DNA of 64,000 nt, taken from positions 22,084-86,083 of the forward strand of contig CAVPYV010000002.1 in the NCBI GenBank assembly GCA_963710105.1, in the 5' to 3' direction. Of the stretch, positions 36,153 through 43,336 are shown piece after piece (position 1 is the first letter of the stretch; each line of letters opens with the position of its first letter). The notes under the pieces are model-generated. The model searched no databases. It was not told the origin of the DNA and saw only the letters and a program-made list of their open reading frames with translations. Origin of the DNA: an uncultured Chloroflexia bacterium. GTDB taxonomy: Bacteria > Chloroflexota > Limnocylindria > Limnocylindrales > CSP1-4. The translations under genes and the position numbers were made by a program.

Positions 36153-36904
36153 CAGGCATGGCGACCGCGACCGCCACCGACGAGCGGACAGCGGAGGTCC
36201 TCCTCGAGCTCAAGGACGTCCATACGTATTACGGCCGCATCCACGCGCTCCAGGGCGTCTCGCTCGAGGTCCACCGGGGGGAGATCGTCACGCTGATCGG
36301 CGCGAACGGCGCCGGCAAGACGACGATCCTCAAGACGATCTCCGGCCTGCTCCACGCCCGCGAGGGCAGCGTCACGCTGGCCGGCAAGGACATCACCCAC
36401 CGGCCGGCGCACGAGCTGGTTCGCGCCGGCATCGGCCATGCACCCGAGGGTCGTCGGATCTTCAGCCGGCTGACGGTCTTCGAGAATCTGCAGATGGGTG
36501 CGTTCACCCGGACCCGTGCCGAGTCGGAGGAAGGGATCGAGCGGATGTACACGCTCTTCCCGCGTCTCCGCGAGCGGTCCTCACAGCGCGGGGGCTCCCT
36601 GTCCGGCGGCGAGCAGCAGATGCTGGCCGTGGGCCGCGCGCTGATGAGCCGTCCGAACGTCCTCCTGCTCGACGAGCCGTCCCTCGGACTGGCGCCGATC
36701 CTCGTCCAGGAGATCTTCCGCATCATCCAGCAGATCAACGAACAGGGGACGACGATCCTGCTCGTCGAGCAGAATGCCCTCCAGGCACTCCACGTGGCCC
36801 ATCGCGGGTACGTCCTCCAGACCGGACGGGTGATCCTGTCCGACACGGCCGATCAGTTGGCGGCGAACCCGGACGTCCGGCGGGCCTACCTCGGGGAGAT
36901 CTAG
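36149..36904 (+). CDS. livF: Branched-chain amino-acid ABC transporter ATP-binding protein (LivF family)
   Basis: GANGAGKTT, LSGGEQQMLAVGRAL, LLLDEPSLGLAP. Confidence 0.9.
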   Translation: MTGMATATATDERTAEVLLELKDVHTYYGRIHALQGVSLEVHRGEIVTLIGANGAGKTTILKTISGLLHAREGSVTLAGKDITHRPAHELVRAGIGHAPEGRRIFSRLTVFENLQMGAFTRTRAESEEGIERMYTLFPRLRERSSQRGGSLSGGEQQMLAVGRALMSRPNVLLLDEPSLGLAPILVQEIFRIIQQINEQGTTILLVEQNALQALHVAHRGYVLQTGRVILSDTADQLAANPDVRRAYLGEI

Positions 36905-36948
36905 CCCGGAGAGACCGACCCGCCACCCGCACCGACGGGGTTGGACTG

Positions 36949-37758
36949 ATGACGGAACGGCAATACGCGGCCGAGGCTCGCCCGTTCGGACGGGACGGAG
37001 GTCCACGGCTCGTGCTCGTGGGACTCGCGATCTTCGTCCTCGCCGCGCTCATCAAGCCGTGGGCCGGCGCCGCGACGAACCACTCCCGGGACGACTCGCG
37101 GACCGTCGCGGGAGCGTATCCGGCGGCGTCCACCGGCCAGCTCGAAAGCACCGCCCCGACCCCGACGCCCGGCCCAAACGCGATGTCCTGCCTTGCCGGC
37201 GATATCGAGCAGGTCGTCATCCTCGAGCGGACCGCGAGCGGCCGGGTCCAGAGTTGGATCGCGGCGGTCGATCAGGAGGCGCAGGACCCGGTCGACCTTG
37301 ATTTGATCCCCCTTTCCGTCTTCTCGATCCACGTCGTCGGCGTCGGCGTGTGCGCTCCGGATCGTGAGCCCTCCGGCGCCTCGAACGTTCGCCACCGACA
37401 GGCCGCGATCGTGGTCGAGGTGCGGCTGGTCGGCGCTCGTGGCGCCTCCGGCGTCGTCCTCGGAGCGCCGCGCCCGCTCGGCGGGCAGTTGGGCGGCCCG
37501 AGCGACGCTCTCCTCTTCGGCGCACCCGAAGCGAACGCGGTCACGGCGCCGACGTCATCGGCTGCATCGTCCGCGGGGGGATCGTCGGCGCGCTCCTCCG
37601 CCCCTTCGGCGAGTCCCGCGCCTGCGCCCTCCCAGGTTGGTGCCGGGTTCTGGCCGACCGGCTCCTATGCGATCGGCTACGCCTTCGATTCGGATCCACC
37701 CGGTCGGGTCCGATGGGTCCGCCTCGACCTAGCGGCGGGGGTTGGGGCCGCGGGCTGA
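36949..37758 (+). CDS. Hypothetical N-terminally anchored (single-TM) protein
   Basis: A transmembrane segment (LVLVGLAIFVLAALI) is followed by Pro/Thr and Ser/Ala-rich linkers. No recognisable domain. Confidence 0.5.
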   Translation: MTERQYAAEARPFGRDGGPRLVLVGLAIFVLAALIKPWAGAATNHSRDDSRTVAGAYPAASTGQLESTAPTPTPGPNAMSCLAGDIEQVVILERTASGRVQSWIAAVDQEAQDPVDLDLIPLSVFSIHVVGVGVCAPDREPSGASNVRHRQAAIVVEVRLVGARGASGVVLGAPRPLGGQLGGPSDALLFGAPEANAVTAPTSSAASSAGGSSARSSAPSASPAPAPSQVGAGFWPTGSYAIGYAFDSDPPGRVRWVRLDLAAGVGAAG

Positions 37759-37844
37759 CCGGTCGTGACGTCCAAGCCTCCCGACCGGCCGACGCATCCG
37801 GCGATCTGCGGACGATCCAGATCGCCAGCCCGTAGGATGCACGC

Positions 37845-38612
37845 ATGGATCTCGGTCTCGACGGTCTCCGGGCACTCGTCGGCGGCGGCTCGAGCGGCCT
37901 CGGCGCCGCGATCGCCACCGAGCTCGTGGCCGAGGGGGCGCGCGTCGCGATCGCCGCCCGGCCGGGTGACCGCCTCGAGGCACAGGCCGCCCGGATCACG
38001 GCGACGGCCGTCCCGGCCGACCTCGCCAGCCCGGCCGGCCCGGCGTCCGCCGTCGACCGGTCCGTCGACGCCCTCGGCGGGCTGGACCTGCTCCTGGTCA
38101 ACTCGGGCGGCCCGCCCGGTGGCGACTTCCGGGCCCTCGACGAGGCGGCGTGGACGGCCGCGATCGACGGCGTCCTGTGGGCGGCCCTCCGCCTGATCCG
38201 GGCGGCGCTGCCGCACCTCCAGGCATCCGCCAGCCCGGCGATCCTCGTCATCCTCTCGAGCTCGGTCCGCGAGCCGATCCCCGGCCTCACGACGTCGAAC
38301 GTTCTCCGGCCCGGCCTGGTCGGGCTGATCAAGTCGCTGACGGCGGAGATCGCGCCGATCCGGATCAACGGGATCGCCCCCGGCCGGGTGGCGACGGATC
38401 GGATCGCCCATCTGGACGGGCTGCGCGCGTCGTCGACCGCCCGGCCGATCGAGGACGTCCGGGCCGAGATGATCCGGGCCATCCCGCTCGGGCGCTACGG
38501 CGACCCCGCCGAGGTCGGCCGGCTCGGGGCATTCCTCCTGTCGCCGGCCGCGAGCTACGTCAGCGGGGCGATCGTGCCGGTCGACGGCGGGATGGTCCGG
38601 GCACTGCCGTAG
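37845..38612 (+). CDS. SDR-family oxidoreductase
   Basis: N-terminal Gly-rich NAD(P)-binding motif (VGGGSSGLGAA). C-terminal ...YVSGAIVPVDGG is typical of SDRs. Confidence 0.9.
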   Translation: MDLGLDGLRALVGGGSSGLGAAIATELVAEGARVAIAARPGDRLEAQAARITATAVPADLASPAGPASAVDRSVDALGGLDLLLVNSGGPPGGDFRALDEAAWTAAIDGVLWAALRLIRAALPHLQASASPAILVILSSSVREPIPGLTTSNVLRPGLVGLIKSLTAEIAPIRINGIAPGRVATDRIAHLDGLRASSTARPIEDVRAEMIRAIPLGRYGDPAEVGRLGAFLLSPAASYVSGAIVPVDGGMVRALP

Positions 38613-38681
38613 GCCGGCGATCGGGCGAGCCAGGAGCGATGGCGCGCCGTCGGGCGGCGCCTCGCCCGGGCGAGCAGCGAA

Positions 38682-39101
38682 TCAGTGGCGCCGGTCGCGC
38701 CCGATGTCGTACACGGCGCGGCTCAGGAGGACGAGCCCGAGGGCCGCGAGCCACAGGCCGTAGGCCCGTTGCGGCAGGACCGCGTCGAGGTTCGTCGCGC
38801 CGAGGTCGACGACGCGGACGGCGAGCGCCACCCAGCCGACGACGGTCAGGATCAGGAAGCTCAGCGGCCGGTCGAGCCCGACCGGCACGTCGCCGGCGGC
38901 GTATGGCAGGGCCAGCAGGGCGATCACCGCCAGCGCGACGAAGAAGACGACGACGCCGGCGCCGTCGAACGCGTTGCCGGTCCGGGGCGGCAGGCCGAGG
39001 TCGCTCGAGGTCTGCCACCACGGCAGGAAGGACGCGGCGAGGATGACGAGCGAGGCGAGCGCGGCCAGGCGCCGGCCGCGGCCGAGGGGGCGGCGATGCA
39101 T
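38682..39101 (-). CDS. Hypothetical 4-TM membrane protein
   Basis: 139 aa with four hydrophobic segments. Confidence 0.6.
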   Translation of the reverse strand: MHRRPLGRGRRLAALASLVILAASFLPWWQTSSDLGLPPRTGNAFDGAGVVVFFVALAVIALLALPYAAGDVPVGLDRPLSFLILTVVGWVALAVRVVDLGATNLDAVLPQRAYGLWLAALGLVLLSRAVYDIGRDRRH

Positions 39102-39102
39102 C

Positions 39103-39672
39103 TCAGTCGGTGCTCGTGTAGACCTCGGGGCGGAGGACGCCCACGAAGCGGAGGTTGCGATAGAACTCGCCGTAGTCGAGGCCGTAGCCGACGACGAACT
39201 GGTCGGGGATCGTGAAGCCGACGTAGTCGACGGGGATGTCGACGAGGCGCCGGGCCGGCTTGTCGAGGAGCGTGCAGATCCGCAGCGAGCGCGGGTTCTT
39301 GCCGCGCAGGTAGCGGATGAGGTAGTTCAGGGTCAGGCCGGTGTCGATGATGTCCTCGACGATCAGGACGTCCTCGCCCTCGATCGTGGCGGACAGGTCC
39401 TTGAGGATCCGGACGAGGCCGGACGACTCGGTCGAGGTGCCGCCGTACGAGGAGACCTCCATCAGGTCGATGCGGACCGGCGAGGGGATCGCCCGCATCA
39501 GGTCGGCCATGAACGGGAGCGAGCCCTTGAGGACCGAGACGAGGGTCAGCTCGCGATCGGCGTAGTCCGCCCCGATCCGGGCACCGAGCTCGGCGACCTT
39601 CGCGGCGATCTGCTCCTCGCTCACGAGGACCTCGCCGATGTCGGCCACGAGGTCGATCCGGGCAGCGGTCAC
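39103..39672 (-). CDS. hpt: Hypoxanthine-guanine phosphoribosyltransferase
   Basis: GTG at 39672 (GTGA overlap). PRPP-binding VLIVEDIIDTGLT. End-to-end Hpt-like sequence. Confidence 0.95.
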   Translation of the reverse strand: MTAARIDLVADIGEVLVSEEQIAAKVAELGARIGADYADRELTLVSVLKGSLPFMADLMRAIPSPVRIDLMEVSSYGGTSTESSGLVRILKDLSATIEGEDVLIVEDIIDTGLTLNYLIRYLRGKNPRSLRICTLLDKPARRLVDIPVDYVGFTIPDQFVVGYGLDYGEFYRNLRFVGVLRPEVYTSTD

Positions 39673-40334
39673 GACGCGCCTCCGGGCTCGGCAAAGGACG
39701 CCGGGTCGGGGGGACGGGCGGCAACCGGCTCGGCGGCAGTGCCCGCGACGTCCGATCCCGCCGCCTGGAGCAGCTCGATCGCCGCTCCGGCGCGATCCGG
39801 GACGACCTGGCCCGACGAGCCGCTCAGCGCGTCCGCCACCGCGAGCCTCCCGAACTTGAGCATGAGCGCCCGGAAGTCGCGGGCGTAGAACAGCTTGACC
39901 CGGATGTCCGGATACAGCTCCCGGATGCGGCGGAGCTTGCGGTTCTTCTTCCTGACGAGCTTCTGACGGAGCGTCGTCATCTCGAGGTAGAGCTCGAGGT
40001 CCGGCAGCCAGAAGTCCGGCGAGAAGCTCTCGACGACCGATCCGTCGAGGTTCCAGAGGATCGGGAACGTGTGCGGCTCGTACTCCCAGCGGATCCGGTA
40101 GAAGTCCAGGATCCGCGCCATCTCGGCCTCGCTCGCGTGGGCGAAGCCCGGCGCGGCCCGCTCCGGCGGCGAGACGTCGTCGAGGGACGGCGGGCCGGAT
40201 CGGGCGTCCGCGGGCGCGACGGCGGCCGGGCTTGGCGCCGTCGTCCAGGTCGGCCCGGTCGGGCGTCGGACGGCGGTCGAGCGGCGGCGGCCACGGCGGC
40301 CCGAATTGGATCCGGTCGCCGGGCTGGCCGTCAC
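39669..40334 (-). CDS. Hypothetical protein with PD-(D/E)xK-like core (catalytic Lys apparently replaced)
   Basis: SEAEMARILDFYRIRWEYEPHTF...SPDFWLPDLELYLEMT resembles small Hjc/Vsr-like nuclease folds (PDF...E-x-K), but reads E-M-T. The N-terminal ~60 aa are low complexity, so the start is uncertain. Confidence 0.55.
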   Translation of the reverse strand: MTASPATGSNSGRRGRRRSTAVRRPTGPTWTTAPSPAAVAPADARSGPPSLDDVSPPERAAPGFAHASEAEMARILDFYRIRWEYEPHTFPILWNLDGSVVESFSPDFWLPDLELYLEMTTLRQKLVRKKNRKLRRIRELYPDIRVKLFYARDFRALMLKFGRLAVADALSGSSGQVVPDRAGAAIELLQAAGSDVAGTAAEPVAARPPDPASFAEPGGAS

Positions 40335-40708
40335 CGGCCGGATCCCGCCGCCGGCGGCTCAAGGCCACCGACGAGGGCGGCCAGGCCACCCCTGGCGAGG
40401 AGATCGCGCGCGCGGGCGAGGTCGGCGGGTCCGATCGGCAGGGCCTCGCGGAAGCGTTCCTCGTCGGCGGGGCCGAACTCGCCGTAGACGGGCCCGGGAC
40501 CGACGGCCACGCCGCCCTCGGCGGACTCATCGTCGGAGGCGATCACGATCCCGAGGGATTCGCTCCGGCAGGCCGGACAATGGATCTCGACGAAGGCGAT
40601 GTCGTCGCGGCGGGCGAGGACGCGGATCCGATCGGTCGGGACGAACAGGCCGCAGGCGGCGCAGTCGACGCCGCCGGCGAGCAAATCGAGGTCGTCGCGC
40701 GGATCCAT
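40331..40708 (-). CDS. Hypothetical zinc-ribbon protein
   Basis: CAAC...(29 aa)...CPAC pair of CxxC motifs. ATGA overlap with the downstream gene. Start at ATG 40708 (alternative 40741). Confidence 0.5.
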   Translation of the reverse strand: MDPRDDLDLLAGGVDCAACGLFVPTDRIRVLARRDDIAFVEIHCPACRSESLGIVIASDDESAEGGVAVGPGPVYGEFGPADEERFREALPIGPADLARARDLLARGGLAALVGGLEPPAAGSGR

Positions 40709-40788
40709 CGGCCGCAAGTCTAGCCGGTCGCGGGTTCGCACGCGATCGGCCGCGACCGGCGACTCCCATACCCCCGCCTTGCCGGTCC

Positions 40789-40805
40789 ATACCCCCAGGG
40801 GGTAT
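40789..40805. promoter_or_regulatory. Perfect 17-bp palindrome, CsoR-type operator
   Basis: ATACCCCC-A-GGGGGTAT, 34 nt upstream of the csoR GTG. A half-site-like CATACCCCCGCC is at 40767..40778. Confidence 0.75.
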
Positions 40806-40838
40806 CATGCCGAGCATGACACCGATGGGAGCCTGACC

Positions 40839-41192
40839 GTGCCGACCAGCACGACCCGCCGCGCCCCGGCGCCGCCGCCGGCCAACTTCCGCCACAGCTA
40901 TTCGAAAGACAAGGCCGGCCTGATCCGCCGGCTGTCGCGGATGGAGGGCCAAGTCCGCGGGATTGCCCGGATGATCGAGCGCGAGGAGTACTGCATCGAC
41001 ATCCTCCAGCAGACGTCGGCCCTCCGGGCCGCGGTCGACGCCCTGTCCATCCTCGTCCTCGAAGACCACGTCCAGGGCTGCGTCCGGACCGCCGCGGAGC
41101 GCGGCGAGGCCGACGCCTATGTCGACGAGGTGATCGACGTCGTCCGCCGAACGCTCGGCCGGCCGGTCCGGAGCGCCAGCCGCTCGGGCTGA
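40839..41192 (+). CDS. csoR: CsoR-family copper-sensing repressor
   Basis: RLSRMEGQVRGIARMIEREEYCIDILQQ...EDHVQGC carries the C-H-C Cu(I) ligand fingerprint (H and C spaced as H-x3-C). Confidence 0.9.
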   Translation: MPTSTTRRAPAPPPANFRHSYSKDKAGLIRRLSRMEGQVRGIARMIEREEYCIDILQQTSALRAAVDALSILVLEDHVQGCVRTAAERGEADAYVDEVIDVVRRTLGRPVRSASRSG

Positions 41193-41250
41193 CGACGGCG
41201 CGCCCGGAGCGGGCGGTACTTCCGGACCCGGCCGGATCGGCGGCCGGGGG

Positions 41251-42915
41251 ATGTCCCGGCGCACCGCGACCGTGGACGATGGCGAGGCCGCACCGCTCGG
41301 TTCGGCTCGCCTTCGCGACCGCGACCCACCCCCGGGGCCGATGATCGACCAGCGCCCGGGCCGCCTGCCGGCCCATCCACCGTCCGTGTCGCCGCCCCGC
41401 CCGTTCGTCGAGCGCCGGGTCAGCTTCCGCCGTGCCGAGGATCGGATCGCCCACCGCGAGAAGGTCCTCCTCGCGCGGGCGCTCGACATCCTCGCCTCGG
41501 ACGAGGGCGCCGAGGAGCGGCTCGCGGGGCTCCTGCGCCTCCTGGCGAGGACCGCCGGGGCGCGCCGCGCAGCGATCATCGCCGACGGGATCGAGCGGCG
41601 CGCAGCGGTCGCCGTCGATCCGGATGAGGACCCGGCGACCGCCGAGGCCCTCGCCGGCTGGCTCGACGTCAACGCCCCACGCACGCGGGCGCGCCGCGCC
41701 GCGGCGGGGCGCGCGCCGATCTCGTTCGTCATCGCCAAGGTCCCGGCGATGGCGGCCGAGCCGGACGACGCTCCCGGCGGCCCCGATCCGCTGCCCGAAG
41801 GGCCGACCGGCCACTATGCCGTCCTGCCGATCCCGAGCGCGGGCGACGTCGCCCTCGGCTTCGAGTTCCGCCGTCCGGCCGACGCCGGGCGCCTCGCCGA
41901 GCGCCTGCCGCCCACCCTCGCCCGCCACGCGGCGGTCGCCCTCGCCCTCGTGACGAGCCAGCTGGCGACCGAGCGAGAGATCGCCGCCCTCCGCGCCCGC
42001 GAGGCCGAGCGGACGACCTACGTGTCGACGGTCGCCCACGAGCTGCGGACGCCGCTGACGGGCCTCGGCGGCTATCTCGAGCTGATCCTGGGCGGCCAGG
42101 TCGGGGATCCGGCGGTCGAGCGGGAGTTCCTCGAGCGCAGCCGCTCGATCGTCGGCTCGATGGGCGAGCTCGTCGGCGACCTCCTCGAGCTGTCGCGCCT
42201 CGAGTCGGGGACGATCGGGCTGGAGATCGGCCCGTTCTCGCTGGCCGAGGCCGCGGGGCGGGTCGCGGCGGGACTGCTGCCGATCGCGATCGATCGGCGG
42301 ATCCACCTGACGACCGCGCTCCCGCCGCGGCTGCGCGTCGCCCGCGGCGACCGGCGGCGCGTCGAGCAGATCGTCACGAACCTGGCCGCGAACGCCCTCA
42401 AGTTCACGCCGTCGGGCGGCAACGTCGAGATCGAGGCGCGCTTCGACGGGCTCGTCGCGATCGTGACGGTCCGCGACGACGGTCCGGGCATCCCGGCCGA
42501 GGACCGGACGAGGATCTTCGAGCGCTTCCATCGGATGGCCGGCCACGAGCGGATCACCGGCACGGGCCTCGGCCTGCCGATCGCCCGCGACCTCGCCCGC
42601 CGGATGGACGGCGACCTCGATGTCGCCTCCGTCGCGGATGCGGGCTCCGCGTTCGTGCTCGCCCTGCCCGGCCCGGCCGAGGTGGACCCGGGAGCCGTCG
42701 CGGCCGCCCTCGCGGCGGCCCTCGATCGCGAGGAGCAGGATCTCGAGGAGCGGGTCGTGCGCCGGGCGTTCGCGGCCGGCCGGGCGCGCGCCCAGGCGGT
42801 GGCGGCCGGCGACCCGATCGCGATCGACGGATCCGAGCTCGCGAAGCGCGGACCGGGCGGCGGTCGGCTTCGCGCCCTGCCCACGCTTCGGCCCGACTCG
42901 CCGAACCCCGCCTGA
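41251..42915 (+). CDS. Soluble sensor histidine kinase (no adjacent response regulator)
   Basis: H-box VAHELRTPL, N-box NLAANALKF, G-boxes DDGPGI and GTGLGLPIA. No transmembrane segment. The start is uncertain (41251 or 41341). Confidence 0.85.
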   Translation: MSRRTATVDDGEAAPLGSARLRDRDPPPGPMIDQRPGRLPAHPPSVSPPRPFVERRVSFRRAEDRIAHREKVLLARALDILASDEGAEERLAGLLRLLARTAGARRAAIIADGIERRAAVAVDPDEDPATAEALAGWLDVNAPRTRARRAAAGRAPISFVIAKVPAMAAEPDDAPGGPDPLPEGPTGHYAVLPIPSAGDVALGFEFRRPADAGRLAERLPPTLARHAAVALALVTSQLATEREIAALRAREAERTTYVSTVAHELRTPLTGLGGYLELILGGQVGDPAVEREFLERSRSIVGSMGELVGDLLELSRLESGTIGLEIGPFSLAEAAGRVAAGLLPIAIDRRIHLTTALPPRLRVARGDRRRVEQIVTNLAANALKFTPSGGNVEIEARFDGLVAIVTVRDDGPGIPAEDRTRIFERFHRMAGHERITGTGLGLPIARDLARRMDGDLDVASVADAGSAFVLALPGPAEVDPGAVAAALAAALDREEQDLEERVVRRAFAAGRARAQAVAAGDPIAIDGSELAKRGPGGGRLRALPTLRPDSPNPA

Positions 42916-42959
42916 CCCCGCGCCCGGCCGATCCCCGCCTGATCCGGCGCCCGGCCGAT
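42906..42959. repeat. 27-nt tandem duplication containing the kinase stop codon
   Basis: CCCCGCCTGACCCCGCGCCCGGCCGAT / CCCCGCCTGATCCGGCGCCCGGCCGAT (25 of 27 identical). The TGA at 42913..42915 is the stop, and a second TGA lies 27 nt downstream in frame. Confidence 0.9.
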
Positions 42960-42970
42960 CCGCTCGAGGC

Positions 42971-43040
42971 GGTGGATCAGCGACCCGATCCGGCCGAGTT
43001 TTCCACAGCCTTGCCGATCCCCGGTGGATTCGTGGATAAC
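42971..43040. promoter_or_regulatory. Cluster of four DnaA-box-like 9-mers
   Basis: GGTGGATCA (42971..42979), TTTTCCACA (42999..43007), GGTGGATTC (43023..43031) and CGTGGATAAC (43031..43040, reverse complement GTTATCCACG), compared with the consensus TTATCCACA/TTGTCCACA. Confidence 0.45.
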
Positions 43041-43044
43041 CGGG

Positions 43045-43073
43045 TTGACGCCGCCGGTCGCGAGACCTAGGGT
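43045..43073 (+). promoter_or_regulatory. Candidate housekeeping promoter for a long rsmG leader
   Basis: TTGACG-17 nt-TAGGGT (actinobacterial-type -10, TAnnnT), immediately downstream of the DnaA-box cluster. Confidence 0.5.
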
Positions 43074-43336
43074 CGGCATCCGCACCGAACCCACCTTGGG
43101 TAACGCGGCTCGCGAGGGGCCCGGGGAAACCCGGCCACGAACCGGACGAGCCACGGAAGACCGGGGGCCGAGGGCGGTGTGACCTACGACGACGCCGGGA
43201 GCGGAGCCCGGACGGCCCGCACAGGCACGACCGACAGGAGGGGTGCCTGGACCGTCCGCGGGACCCGCTCCCGACGCGCGTCGAAGCCTGTCCCCACCTG
43301 CCGCCCGCGTATCGTGACGCGCTCGACGACGCCCTC

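Noticed and set aside
43085-43175. Resemblance to RNase P RNA (GGGUAACGC...GGGGAAACCC...ACGAAC) and to a cobalamin-riboswitch B12 box (AGCCACGGAAGACCGGGG).
   Set aside because: The universally conserved RNase P elements (GAGGAAAGUCCGG, ACAGAA.CCGGCUUA) are absent on both strands. The B12-box-like string lacks the upstream cobalamin core (GGGAA / CCGGUG.AA.UCC / CCCGC.ACUGU), and the downstream gene is unrelated to B12.
42971-43336. Calling this region the chromosomal origin (oriC).
   Set aside because: DnaA-box-like 9-mers are present and rsmG is adjacent. However, there is no AT-rich unwinding element, no dnaA, dnaN or parAB in the window, and no gene-orientation switch at this point. It is reported only as a DnaA-box cluster and promoter.
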